DNA of 64,000 nt from Octopus sinensis. Lineage: Eukaryota. The translations under genes were made by a program, and so were the position numbers. The stretch spans positions 3,906,001-3,970,000 of the forward strand of contig NC_043025.1 of the NCBI RefSeq assembly GCF_006345805.1. Reading direction: 5' to 3'. Below are positions 1 through 11,630 of the stretch, in pieces (the first letter of the stretch is position 1; the number at the start of each line of letters is the position of its first letter). The notes under the pieces are model-generated. The model was given only the letters and a program-made list of their open reading frames with translations. It did no database searches and was not told the origin of the DNA.

Positions 1-50
1 ATATATATATCTATATAATATATATATATTATATATAATATATATATAGC

Positions 51-660
51 TATTATTAGTGAATTAAGAAATGGAGTTGAACGAAGGATTGAACAGAAAT
101 CGTTTATTTCATTCTACACGTGTTTCGAAAGGCACAATTTACCAAATTCCGATTGAATAATGAGACAATATGTGCCTTCTCTTCAGGAAGAAATAGGAAA
201 TCCGTTTGGAAAAAACAAAACAGAATAGAGGCGGAGCAAAACAAAATCGAACTAGGCTCCTAAAGAGCCCATGGCCAAACTGTTTATCAGTGTATGTTGA
301 AAACTGGTGGTGGGGGGTTGAAGATTAACGGGTCAGGCACGGTCATCCGTGGGTGAGGGTACCGGGGTGTGTAGATGTCTTTGTGACCGAGAGTAAAGTT
401 CTGACTATTTAAAGAATATAGATGTATTTATCGGCAAGAGAAATCTACTTAGAGACATGTGTGTGTTTACTGTTCTATATATGTGTGGGGCGCTAGTGAT
501 AAGCAGCGCTACATTGGTCAGCGCTGAGAAATCCATCAAGGGGTAGAAAAAACATTTAGTGTACGCGTGTGTGCATTTGATCGCGCGGCTGTCAGTTGGT
601 AAACAGCTCAACCCAATGGTCAATGCTGTAGAACTCCATTTCTTAAATTCACTAATAATA
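51..660. repeat. Inverted repeat pair, about 28 bp (51-78 and 632-660)
   Basis: tattattagtgaattaagaaatggagtt at 51-78 matches the reverse complement of 632-660 with one indel. Confidence 0.65.
105..195 (-). ncRNA. Type I hammerhead ribozyme, minimal helix III form typical of Penelope-like elements
   Basis: Minus strand reads UAUUUCUUC-CUGAAGA-G AAGGCACA...UGUGCCUU U C-GAAA-C ACGU G-UA|GAAUGAAAUA. The core is complete, stems I and II pair, and helix III is palindromic. Confidence 0.8.
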
Positions 661-811
661 TTAAAATTCATTATATCCGCACCAACGCACGGTTGCAACA
701 CCATATGGTTGTACCTCCAACCGTGCTGGCTTCTGCTGTGATTTTGCTACCAAGGTATCGATTAAAACTTTTGATAATCTGCAACAAGATTATTCATCTT
801 TCTATTTCACA

Positions 812-940
812 TTATATATATATATATATATTAGTATGTTGTATATTATATGTGCATCTATATATATATTATATATTATATATATATATATATTATATAT
901 ATGTATATATATGTATATATATATATATGTATATATATGT

Positions 941-975
<35 letters not shown>

Positions 976-1085
976 TATATGTATATATATATATAGATAG
1001 AATATTTATATATAATATACTATATATATGTAATATATATATATATATAGTATAATATATATATATATATATGTATATATATATG
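812..1085. repeat. Degenerate (TA)n microsatellite
   Basis: Near-continuous TA dinucleotides; source of the YI-rich ORFs. Confidence 0.95.
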
Positions 1086-1250
1086 AGTGAGTGCTGAATG
1101 AAAGGTTCATGGCTTTGGGGTAAAAAGACACAAACATATATATATATTAATAAATATATATATGTATATAGATGGGCCAAAAGTCACACACCAAAAAATT
1201 TATTATTTTGTTTTATATTCTATTATTATTATACATTTTTTTTTTTTAAC

Positions 1251-1336
1251 ATACTTGCTTCAGCAGTTCATAGACTTAAAAGTGGAATGATGCAGAAAAG
1301 ATTAGCATGGCCCTGTGCAAGGCTGACATGCAAATT
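1251..1336 (+). pseudogene. U6: U6 snRNA pseudogene, 3'-truncated
   Basis: atacttgcttcagcagttcatagacttaaaagtggaatgatgcagaaaagattagcatggccctgtgcaaggctgacatgcaaatt aligns to the first ~86 nt of metazoan U6. The ACAGAGA box is mutated to GCAGAAA and the 3' end is missing. Confidence 0.9.
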
Positions 1337-1441
1337 TATATATAGATATATATATATGTATATAATATAGACATATATAGATAAGTATATATATATATAT
1401 ATATATACATATATATATACATATATATATATATATGTTAT

Positions 1442-1478
<37 letters not shown>

Positions 1479-1508
1479 ATATATAGATATGTATATATAT
1501 ATTATATG

Positions 1509-1539
<31 letters not shown>

Positions 1540-1608
1540 TATATATACATATATATATATTTATATATATGTATATATATATAATATATATATACATATA
1601 ATAGAGAC

Positions 1609-1646
<38 letters not shown>

Positions 1647-1678
1647 TATATATATATATATTTATATATATATATATT

Positions 1679-1760
<82 letters not shown>

Positions 1761-1769
1761 TATATTATA
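1337..1769. repeat. Degenerate (TA)n microsatellite
   Basis: Near-continuous TA dinucleotides. Confidence 0.95.
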
Positions 1770-2296
1770 CTAGCAGCATAGCCCGGCATTGCGCGGGTAT
1801 GTAAGAGCCCCTGGAGCAGACCATGATGCTCGCTGTGAATTTTAAAAAAATTCCTGCCAATTTGTGAAAGATATTGTCGAAAATATGTCATCTTGAATTT
1901 GAACGCGATCTCCCAAAATGGTATGATTTTATCGATTTTTTTTTGATGGTAAGGTATTGCATGGAAAAACTAACGTCAGAATTAAGTTTCTTAGGGTAAC
2001 ATAAGCTTCAACATGAGTTTGGTCAAAATCGATTGCAAGTTGCGAAAACTACAACAGAAAATGTGTTGCAAATAAAAAGCTTAGATTCTCGACCCCATGT
2101 CGAATTTATCAATTTTTCTCAGAACTGGGGGAACTTCTCAAAATTTTCGCTGCGTTAGTTATTTTGAATATATACATTGGGCTATGTGTGTATCAAGTTT
2201 CATCAGAATCGGTTTGAAAGCCGTGGTCAGGTGAGGGTACAACCTGACAGACACACAGACACACAGACAGACAAACTGCCGTTATATAGAGAGAGA
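1770..2296 (-). mobile_element. Non-autonomous Helitron (family H1)
   Basis: On the minus strand it has a 5' TC, a 3' hairpin cccgcgcaatgccggg 8 nt before the terminal CTAG, an A|T insertion site and a subterminal (GACA)n-like tract. Confidence 0.75.
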
Positions 2297-2310
2297 TATG
2301 TATATAGATA

Positions 2311-2355
<45 letters not shown>

Positions 2356-2386
2356 GTATAATATATATACATATATATAGTATATT

Positions 2387-2419
<33 letters not shown>

Positions 2420-2491
2420 GTATATATATTATATATTTATATATATATATATGTATATATAATATAATATATATATATATATTATATATAT

Positions 2492-2526
<35 letters not shown>

Positions 2527-2536
2527 ATATATATAT
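2297..2536. repeat. Degenerate (TA)n microsatellite
   Basis: Near-continuous TA dinucleotides. Confidence 0.95.
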
Positions 2537-3115
2537 GGAGCCAGCCTACGTATGCATACCTTCCCTTCTTGGGACACAAAACTCTACTTGTGAAGACGTG
2601 TTGAGGCAAGTGAGGATCAGAATCGAAATCGATCAATGGAAATTGCGGATGTGCTACCAGTGCCGGTGGCATGTCGAACTCTGCTTGTGAAGACCCATTA
2701 GGGCAAGTGAGGATCAGAATCGAAATCGATCAATGGAAATCGATCAATGGAAATTGCAGATGTGTTACCAGTGCCGGTGGTATGTAAGAGAACTTCCGTT
2801 TCGCAACCGTTGCCAGCACCGCCCCGTTTGTGTCCGTTGCCAGCCTCGCCTGGCCCTCGTGCCGGTGGCACATAAAAAGCACCATCCGTTCGTGGCCGTT
2901 TGCCAGCTCTGTCTGGCACCAGTGCGGGTGGCACGTAAAAAGCACCCACTACACTCACGGAGTGGTTGGCGTTAGGAAGGGCATCCAGCCGTAGAAAGAC
3001 TGCCAGATTTGACTGGGCCTGATGAAGCCTTCTGGCTTCACAGACCCCAGTAGAACCGTCCAACCCATGCTAGCATGGAAAACGGACGCTAAATGATGAT
3101 GATGATGATGATGAT
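2537..3115 (+). mobile_element. SINE-like element, family A ((GAT)n tail, RTE-type 3' end)
   Basis: Shares gtggttggcgttaggaagggcatccagc...ccatgctagcatgg...ggacg(c/t)taaatgatgatg with five other copies in the window; has a 3' palindrome CCATGCTAGCATGG and a (GAT)n tail. Confidence 0.8.
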
Positions 3116-3146
3116 ATATATATATATATATAATATATATATATAC

Positions 3147-3188
<42 letters not shown>

Positions 3189-3200
3189 TCATTTGCATGT

Positions 3201-3432
3201 TCATCATCATCATCATTGCCGTTTAACGTCCGCTTTCCAGGCTAGCATGGGTTGGACGATTTGACTGAGGACTGGTGAGCCAGGAGGCTGCACCAGGCTC
3301 CAATCTGATCTGGCAGTGTTTCTACAGCTGGATGCCCTTCCTAATGCCAATCACTCTGAGAGTGTAGTGGGTGCTTTTTACATGCCACTGGTACAAGGGC
3401 CAGTCAGGCGGTACTGGCAACGGCCACACTCA
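3201..3432 (-). mobile_element. SINE family A, 3' portion
   Basis: (CAT)n followed by gtttaacgtccgctttcc...ggatgcccttcctaatgccaa, the reverse complement of the family A 3' end. Confidence 0.8.
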
Positions 3433-3633
3433 GTCCCACTTACAAGTCTACCTGAGTCTTTAGTAAAAGACACTTGCCCAAGATCCCATGTAGCGGGACT
3501 GAACCCAGAACCATGTGGTTGGGAATCAAACTTCTTACCACACAGCCATGCCTATTTATTTATTTATTTATCAATTGTTTATTTATTTGTCCAGTCGTCC
3601 ATCCATCTGTTTATGGACAACATTTATGAAATA

Positions 3634-3889
3634 TCTTTATATATAAAACTGAAGTTGTGTGAGACTCTGTCTCCTCCGATTTAGATTCCTAACTACTCCC
3701 ACATTTTGCGGTGCAGTTTAACCAAAAGCAGGTATCTTATAGTCGTGATTCATATCGAGCCCTTCTGGGTATTAGCACGCGTCTACGATGAGTCTACGAT
3801 TTAAAAAAAAATTTACCATCATTTTTTCACATTTTTAATGCATTTTTTGCTCGGTTTATATAAGGGAAGTAACTCTCTAAAAATGCTAG
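3634..3889 (+). mobile_element. Non-autonomous Helitron family H2, short form
   Basis: Begins A|TC tttatatataaaactgaagttgtg, matches the copies at 38860, 39653 and 40452, and ends CTAG|T but lacks the 3' hairpin. Confidence 0.7.
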
Positions 3890-4091
3890 TTTTATTTTTT
3901 AAAATTTTGTTTAATTTATGTTATTTTTGTATTAAAAATATTTTTCTACGAAATATTTCAAATATCTTTTACAGGTTTTCTCCCAAACTCAAAACTGAAC
4001 CAAAAGAGAGACGCAAGAATTTCAAAGTACGCAACCAAAATATTTTGGTCGACAGCTCAGAACAGAACCAAAAACCATAAACAGCCAAAAC

Positions 4092-5675
4092 ATGCCTTCT
4101 CTTTGGCACCGTCTAATCACAGGTCGACAGCGTTACAAGCAAGCAGCAACCCGCAACCAAAGGAAAAATAACCTCATTAAAACCTATGCGGGTGATGATA
4201 ATGATGATTACCATTATTCGGCCATGTTTTATTCGTTGGCCAATCTTTGGTGTGAAAATGATTTATCGCCTTCGAAGAATTACTTCGACCTTGATGCGTA
4301 CCGAAGGATGCAGTTTGCATCTGCTCAAAACGTTTCCGGGAGCAACAACCCATTAATTTATGGAAACAATTACCAGGACCTCCATTCAAAATACAAAAAT
4401 GGTGTGTTGAACAACGCCATACACAGCAGAAGACTTTCGTCAACAAACTCGAACGAACGTGTGAAAGGTTCTTCGACTTTGCTGAGAAATAAGCACAAGA
4501 AGAATAACAAGAAGAGTTCTAAGATGAGTTTCTTTGAAAAGATTTCCAACAGGAAGGACAAACGAGCCTACGACAATTCCAAATACCTCCTGGTTCCTCC
4601 GAATTCGACTGCGGCATCGGAATTGAGAATGGCATCAAATGTCTGTGTGAACTACGTGAGCGCATACAACAACAACAACAACAACAACAGTAATAGCAAA
4701 AACTATAGAGATGACGTCAGCAGTGGGTACGGCGGAATTGGTCCAGGGGGTGGTGGCACTAACGCGACGAAGATCAATGAGTATGTGCCGAAGAGTTTCA
4801 GACATCTCGCAACTTCCCTGGCGCTTCGAGGCCACAAAGTGATCAGCGACAAATTTGACATCACTGACTTCAATTACGTCAACAACCAGAACAACAACAA
4901 TAAAAATGTCGACAATTATCTCTACCACGATGGCGGCAACAACTTTCCGCATCAGATAATCTGTACAAAGCTGCAGGAACCGACCGAGAACATCATCAGC
5001 GGCCAATTTGTTTTGGCCAAAAGGAAACAGTTTTATAACAACGTTGACCTCAGTAGCAGTAGTAGTAGTGGCAACAGCAGCACCGGGGAGGAACCGATGT
5101 CAACAAGCTTTGGCAGTAGTTCGATCTCACAGGCCTGGGACTGGGAAGTGAAGAATGAAGGCCACCAACACAACCAGCCGCAAACGGGCGGACGAACTGC
5201 AAGGAATTCTACGACAGAGGATGATTTGGGGTTCGTCGATTCACGTGATTCGGACGAGGAGTGGAGACAGGAAATTTTCTCCACCGCCACCATGACCACC
5301 ACGACGACCACCATCAACAACAACATCAACAACAACAAGAAAAGCAACGCAGCATTAACAGTGGGGAACGACGAAGGTCGGCTGAGCGACAACGGGTCCC
5401 TGGTGGAACTTCAGAGACAACAGATAACGAGGAAATTGTCGATTGCTAACTACATCAGCGACAGCAGCAGGAGCAGCAGCAGCAGCAGCAGCAACAACAA
5501 CAGCAACAATAACAATAACAACAACAACTGTGGCAAAAGAAGGAATGAACTGGACAATTTGAGCAAAATAATTAAGAATAATAATAATAATAACAACAAC
5601 AACACTGAGATTCAGATAGTTATATCTACCATCCCAGACACAGGAAATGAAATTGATAATGTGTTTTTATATTAA
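4092..5675 (+). CDS. Uncharacterised Asn/Ser-rich, probably disordered 527-aa protein; single exon as read
   Basis: 1584-bp ATG-to-TAA ORF in non-repeat sequence, richer in GC and CpG than its flanks. Repeats are in-frame triplets (AAC, AGC, AGT, ACC). AATAAA at 5916-5921. No family recognised. Confidence 0.7.
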   Translation: MPSLWHRLITGRQRYKQAATRNQRKNNLIKTYAGDDNDDYHYSAMFYSLANLWCENDLSPSKNYFDLDAYRRMQFASAQNVSGSNNPLIYGNNYQDLHSKYKNGVLNNAIHSRRLSSTNSNERVKGSSTLLRNKHKKNNKKSSKMSFFEKISNRKDKRAYDNSKYLLVPPNSTAASELRMASNVCVNYVSAYNNNNNNNSNSKNYRDDVSSGYGGIGPGGGGTNATKINEYVPKSFRHLATSLALRGHKVISDKFDITDFNYVNNQNNNNKNVDNYLYHDGGNNFPHQIICTKLQEPTENIISGQFVLAKRKQFYNNVDLSSSSSSGNSSTGEEPMSTSFGSSSISQAWDWEVKNEGHQHNQPQTGGRTARNSTTEDDLGFVDSRDSDEEWRQEIFSTATMTTTTTTINNNINNNKKSNAALTVGNDEGRLSDNGSLVELQRQQITRKLSIANYISDSSRSSSSSSSNNNSNNNNNNNNCGKRRNELDNLSKIIKNNNNNNNNNTEIQIVISTIPDTGNEIDNVFLY

Positions 5676-5685
5676 ATATCACATT

Positions 5686-5726
<41 letters not shown>

Positions 5727-7230
5727 TGTGTGTGTATGTGTGTGTGTACCATGTAAAATAACCAACACATGTGAAATATTTCACCTGGGCTTTCTCCCTT
5801 CCTCTCGTGGTTAATTTTTCTACGCCTTCCCACAGTATATCTGTAAACCTGAAGAAGAACATATTGCCCGTAATATCATAATTATTAACTCTTTCCAATT
5901 CTTTGATCTTGAACAAATAAATATATGTGTGTAAGTGTGTATGTATGTGTATGTCAGACCACTGGAGTTTGGGTGTATATATGTATGTATATGTACATTT
6001 GTGTGTGTGTGTGTGTGTGTAGTTTGAGGTGCGTTTGCAGACTCAGGAAAGGGGTGGTTGTCAACCCTATGCACACCATACCCACATCGCCCCTACCTCC
6101 CTCTTCCCTTCCACCCCAACTCCTCCCATCCCTCAACCATTCCCCCCTCACTACCTGCCTCACTTCAAAATTCCGCTTCTCACTAAAACTCTCTACCTCA
6201 TCCCACATCCCTTCCTCTTCCCATTCCTCTGCAGCTCTCTTCAATATGAAGGAAGAGGAGTCTCTATGTGATGGTTTGATCTGGTAGAAATAGCAGCCAA
6301 ATCTTCCTCAAATCACACCTTACTCTCTTATCTATGTATATATGTATGTATGAGCCAGTCAAGAAGCTACATAGTAGGACCCTATGCTTCTGATAGGACC
6401 TTATGGAAGAGGGGCCTAAGGATTCTACCCCCATGATCCTCCTGTGAATAGTGGATGGAAGAGATGGGTGGTAATCATGTAGAGAGACAAGGAAATAATA
6501 TTTATCTTATAAAAGGATTTTTTAAATTCAAAATTTTATTCAAAGACCCCTAATCACAAAGAACCCCAGAATTTTTTCGTATAACCATCAGGATTCTCAG
6601 AACCCATTTCAAGAAACTCTGGCATAGGTAACCATTTTCTGGGGTTTTGAATGTACCATGCACCTTCTAGAATGTATGGTGAATTTTGGAGATATTTTGG
6701 AGACTTATTCTAGGAGAATGATGCCAAGAAATACAGCAATTGTCTTTAGAGTGTATATATTTACAAAATTGATAACTCCTCTACATACCATGTAGATAAC
6801 AATTTAAAACATGAATATCTATGCCAAATTTCGTATCACTTTTTCGTATCAATTTTTGTCATTTTTTAATTTATTTTTGTAGATTTTCTAAAAAACCTAG
6901 AGCCAGCAGTGAAGGTTACGTCTCGTACACGAATATATCTAAGTAGACAATATGATCAAAGATCCCCTATTTTTTCAATCTTTGATCACACTGATTACAT
7001 AAATGTATTTGTATATGAGACATTGCAACTTTCAGAGCTGCCTCTGTATTTGGTTTAAAATCTATTGAGTTAAACTAAAAATGAGAACATTGCACTGCTA
7101 ACACACAAAGGAAAGACACTGTATTAACTTTAATATACTTGGTTGCATATTATGGTTGCAAAACAAAATACTCTGTCCTTACCAGCAATTAAAACAATTT
7201 TTGTATATACTCTAAATTTCGTATAGGTAT

Positions 7231-7390
7231 TGGCACGTAAAAGCACCCTCTACATTCTCGGAGTGGTTGGCGTTAGGAAGGGCATCCAGCTGTAGAAACA
7301 CTGCCAGATCAGATTGGAGTCTGGTTTGCCAGTCTTCAGTTAAATCATCCAACTTATGCTAGCATGGAAAGCGGACATTAAATGATGATG
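7231..7390 (+). mobile_element. SINE family A, 3' fragment
   Basis: tggcacgtaaaagcacc...gggcatccagc...gcggacattaaatgatgatg. Confidence 0.8.
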
Positions 7391-7762
7391 AGGAGGAGGA
7401 GGATGAAAACAGATGCCTCCACTCTATTTCGTTTCATTCACTTTTGATATCTCCTCTACATTTCGTTTGTCTAATTACAAATTGACAAACTTGATGCCTA
7501 TCCTATCTCCCTCCAGCTCCAGCAGTCTCCTGCTCTCTCTTCCAAGACATGAGAAGTCACATCACTCTTCTACAGTAAAAAACCTCTCCTGTTTCTGGTC
7601 CCCGTTTTCATAGATTTTTTGGCCCTTTTTTAGCCCTTCATCTCCCAGCATACATCTGCACCCTTCCTATTATACACATAAGACCTGTATATATAATATG
7701 TTTACCTTTACATGTGTATTGACCCCCATATATAAATAGCTGTCTATATGTTTATGTGCGAA

Positions 7763-7991
7763 AGCGGCAAGCTGGCAGAAACGTTAGCACGCTGGGCGAA
7801 ATGCGAAGCCGTATTTCGTCAGCCGTTACATTCTGGGTTCAAATTCCGCCAAGGTCGACTTTGCCTTTCATCCTTTCGAGGTCGATAAATTAAGTACCAG
7901 TTACGCACTGGGGTCGATGTAATCGACTTAATCCGCTTGTCTGTCCTTGTTTGTCCCCTCTATGTTTAGCCCCTTGTGGGTAATAAAGAAA
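7763..7991 (+). mobile_element. tRNA-derived SINE, family C
   Basis: A-box-like ggcaagctggcagaaacg and B-box-like ggttcaaattcc; same body as 38561-38765; A-rich end taataaagaaa. Confidence 0.75.
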
Positions 7992-8001
7992 CATATATGT
8001 T

Positions 8002-8037
<36 letters not shown>

Positions 8038-8466
8038 AAAATATATGCGTGTAACTCCTTCCTCTAACATTACTTTAATATTTCCTTATTTATTCATTAT
8101 CAAACGGCAAACGATATAAAAAAAAAATTGACTTTGTAATTGCTTTTACAATTTATTCTAGAATAATCCAGAGAATTATTATTTTAGGCAGACTGTGTGA
8201 AAGTAATCCTCATAATTTGAAGCCAGTTTCTTAAGTGCTACCAAGGCATGAAACTTTCGTCCTTTGAGTCACTCTGTAATTTCAGCTGATTGATAATAAA
8301 ACTAATATATACATATATAATTGCTTTCAGTTCTATATTCCTTTTGACCAAATTTGTATTTTTTCAGTCATTAGACTGTGGCCACGCTGGAGCACACTAC
8401 CTTGAAGGGTTTTAGTCAAACAAACCAACCCCGGGGCTTATTTTTGAAAGACTCTTACTCTTTACA

Positions 8467-8869
8467 CTTTTACTTGTTTCAGTCATTTGACTGCGGCCAT
8501 GCTGGAGCACCGCCTTCAGTCGAGCAACTCGACCCCGGGACTTATTCTTTGTAAGCCCAGTACTTATTCTATCGGTCTCTTTTGCCGAACCGCTAAGTGA
8601 CGGGGACGTAAACACACCAGCATCGGTTGTCAAGCAATGCTAGGGGAACAAACACAGACACACAAACACATACACACATATATACATACATACATATATA
8701 TATACATACATATATACGACGGGCTTCTTTCAGTTTCTGTCTACCAAATCCACTCACAAGGCTTTGGTCGGCCCAGGGCTATAACAGAAGACACTTGCCC
8801 AAGGTGCCACGCAGTAGGACTGAACCCGGAACCATGTGGTTGGTAAACAAGCTACTTACCACACAGCCA
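8467..8869 (-). mobile_element. tRNA-derived CORE-like SINE, family B
   Basis: Minus strand has the head tggctgtgtggtaag...ggttcagtcc, a CORE-like ccttgggcaagtg, an internal TA/CA microsatellite and the tail gactgaaacaagtaaaag. Several near-full copies occur in the window. Confidence 0.85.
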
Positions 8870-9111
8870 TTTCTTTTTTTTTTCTTTTATCAATCTCCTT
8901 TCACAAAACCCCTATATTATAGGGATGTCAAAAAAAAAGCACCGGCCCCCAAGTGATAGCCTTGAACAATTTGTTTTAGTCAAATGAATTGAATCCAGCC
9001 CTTATTTTCGTCCCTTTTGCAGAACTGCTAAGTCATGGGAACATAAACACCAATACCAGTTGTCAAGCAGTGATGGGAGACAACCACCGACACGTGGAGA
9101 CACACACACAG

Positions 9112-9168
<57 letters not shown>

Positions 9169-9189
9169 CATATATATACATACATACAC

Positions 9190-9223
<34 letters not shown>

Positions 9224-9285
9224 ATCACGTGATCACGTGATCGACCAGACCATCAGATGTTACACATCGCTGGTCACAATGCGTT

Positions 9286-9341
<56 letters not shown>

Positions 9342-9360
9342 AAGGATGATGATACATATG

Positions 9361-9397
<37 letters not shown>

Positions 9398-9405
9398 AAG
9401 GATGA

Positions 9406-9439
<34 letters not shown>

Positions 9440-9449
9440 TCATATATAT

Positions 9450-9780
9450 ATCCAAATTTGCCATCAAGATGTAGGACAAGATACTGTGATAGCCTGGGCT
9501 TCCAAGGCCCACAGCTCTTCAATATCCTCCCGAAGAACCTGAGAGACCTGCATGGGGTGGATGCAGATGTCATTAAAATAAAACTGGATCTCTTCCTGTC
9601 AGGTGTCCCAGATGAACCAACTTCACGGCAGGAGGGGCAGATGAGGGCAGCTGCATCGAACTCTCTCATGCACCAAATGGCAATTGCTAAAACGCATTCG
9701 TGAAGTAAAATCATGTAGCAACACCAAATGGCGGTTCCCCAGCATGGCCACAGCTCGTGAGCTGAAACTAGATGAAATTT
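9450..9780 (+). mobile_element. 3' fragment of a CR1-group non-LTR retrotransposon
   Basis: SLGFQGPQLFNILPKNLRD...KIKLDLFLSGVPDEP...RAAASNSL resembles a CR1-group ORF2 C-terminus, followed by a short 3' UTR. Confidence 0.65.
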
Positions 9781-9811
9781 TTTTTTAAAATTAAATAATA
9801 TATATATATTT

Positions 9812-9959
9812 GACGGGCATCTTTCAGTTTCCATCTACCAAAGCCACTCACAAGGTTTTGGTCAGCCTGGGGCTATAGCAGAAGACACTTTCCCAAGGTG
9901 CCACGCAGTGGGACTGAACCCGGAACTATGTGGTTGGGAAGCAAGCTGCTTACCACACA
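9812..9959 (-). mobile_element. SINE family B, 5' half
   Basis: Same head and CORE-like segment as 8467-8869. Confidence 0.8.
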
Positions 9960-10227
9960 TAATGTATTTGTATATATGGCAAAGATGGTGGGAGAGGCCG
10001 GAAGTATAGGGTTAGTGATGACATATGAATGGTCAAGGGGCCTTGCCAGAAGGACAGGCATGGAGGAGAGCATCTGAGCAAAAGAACAACTAGTGTGTGT
10101 GGGAATTTTTGCTTTGGGGCTTCAGTTGGGATGGACATGGTGACCCCGCAAGAGTTCAGGGAAATTGTTGTTAGCTTCTGGCCCGAGGTTACGGGGGTAT
10201 GACTCCCGTGCATATATCTTAAGTGGG

Positions 10228-11630
10228 CCTCATCAGAATTAAATTTTTTTCCTATCAAAACATTATCCAAATTCTGGAAGAAATGGTTGTCAGTGGGGAC
10301 AAGACCAGATGAGTTTGGTGGATGATGGAGAACCTCCAACTCTAAATCCTGTAGTTTCACCAATGTCATTTTTGCGATGTGTGGTCTGGCGTTGTCTTGC
10401 AATAAAATAGGAGTGGGTCTGTTGACTAATCTAGGCTGTTTTTTTGTATATTTCTGCACACCAAACACACACCATCAGCTTCTGCTTTCTGATTACAAAT
10501 ATCTTGGGTCATAGATATCATCATCTGGAAAAGATTTTCTAACTAGAAAGGGTATGTCCTGGTCAGCCTGTAATGACATGCATAAGATCTGGCCATCAAA
10601 TCTAAGTAGAGACTTCAAACTTGAAATCTTCAAAGCCACAGTCGAACCAATTCTACTCTATGGCTCAGAAACCTGGACGTTATCAAAGAAGCTTGATAGG
10701 CGGTTGGATGGAACCTTCACTTGCCTCCTTATGAGAGCTCAAAATCTCTCGTGGAAGCGCCATCCAACCAAAATGCAAATATATGGGAAACTACCACCTG
10801 CGTCATCTCTTGTGAAAGGTAGGAGAGTCCAGTTTGCTGGACATTGTTGTAGAGCTGAAAACGAGGCAATTTCTACTCTTCTCCTCTGGAAGCCATCTGC
10901 TCGCAATACCAGAGGGCACACACTCTCCTACTCTGACGTAATCTCCAGGGATACAGGCATCCAGCATCAGGACCTCCGTAATGCCATGATGGACCATGAA
11001 GTCTGGCGTAGCATGGTAAATTCCATTGTCTTGACCACGGTCGAACAATGATGATGATGATGATCAGCTTCTTTTGATGAATTTTGCTTTTTCGACTGTG
11101 TTTTGGTGGCTCATCTTTGTCCAACAATTGTGCTGAACATTTATGGTTGTTGTACTAGATCCATTTCTTGTCACAGGTTACAATTCAATTTAAAAATTAT
11201 TAATTTTTGTGACGAGAAAGTAGCATAATGCAGACTTCTAAACGTTGCTGTTTCTGATTTTCATTGAGTTCATGTGGAACCCACTTGTCCAGCTTTTCCA
11301 GTTTACCGATTTGAACTAGGTGAGTCAATATTGTTTGCTTGCTAACACTAAGCAACAATGATAATTCACAGGTACTTTGAGATGGATCTGACTCGACGGT
11401 GGCTTTCAGATTGTCATTATCCACCTTTGTTTCTGGTCGACTGCGTTACTCATTTTGAGGTCAAAGTTATCAGAACAAAATTTTGCAAACCAATTTGATA
11501 CTGTCTGCTGTGTAATAACATTAGAATGAAATACTCCATTAATATTCCGAGCTGTCTGTGATGCTGTATTTGCAAGAAAGAACTCATATTTCAAAACTGT
11601 ATGAATTTCTGACTTATCCATCTCTAAACA
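10228..11630 (-). pseudogene. Mariner (DD34D) transposase relic, split by a LINE insertion
   Basis: Motifs MDKSEI...TARNINGVF, WVPHEL, TCDKKW, QDNARPH and PTDNHFF occur in order, with frameshifts and stops. Confidence 0.9.
10484..11062 (+). mobile_element. 5'-truncated RTE-clade LINE with 10-bp target site duplication
   Basis: YKYLGS...VEPILLYGSETWTL...RVQFAGHC, (GAT)n tail, and TSD atcagcttct at 10474-10483 and 11063-11072. Confidence 0.88.

Noticed and set aside
693-2672. YI-, CV- and HT-rich ORFs here and at 9000-9400, 11944-13321, 45070-46430 and 54768-55999
   Set aside because: They are translations of di- and tetranucleotide microsatellites.
3019-3045. CTGATGA followed by a hairpin (agcc-ttct-ggct), resembling a hammerhead
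   Set aside because: No GAAA or cleavage helix follows; other family A copies read ctggtgcagcc here, so it is a chance variant.
4177-5449. Antisense and alternate-frame ORFs within the 527-aa gene
   Set aside because: Short shadow ORFs produced by stop-poor triplet repeats.
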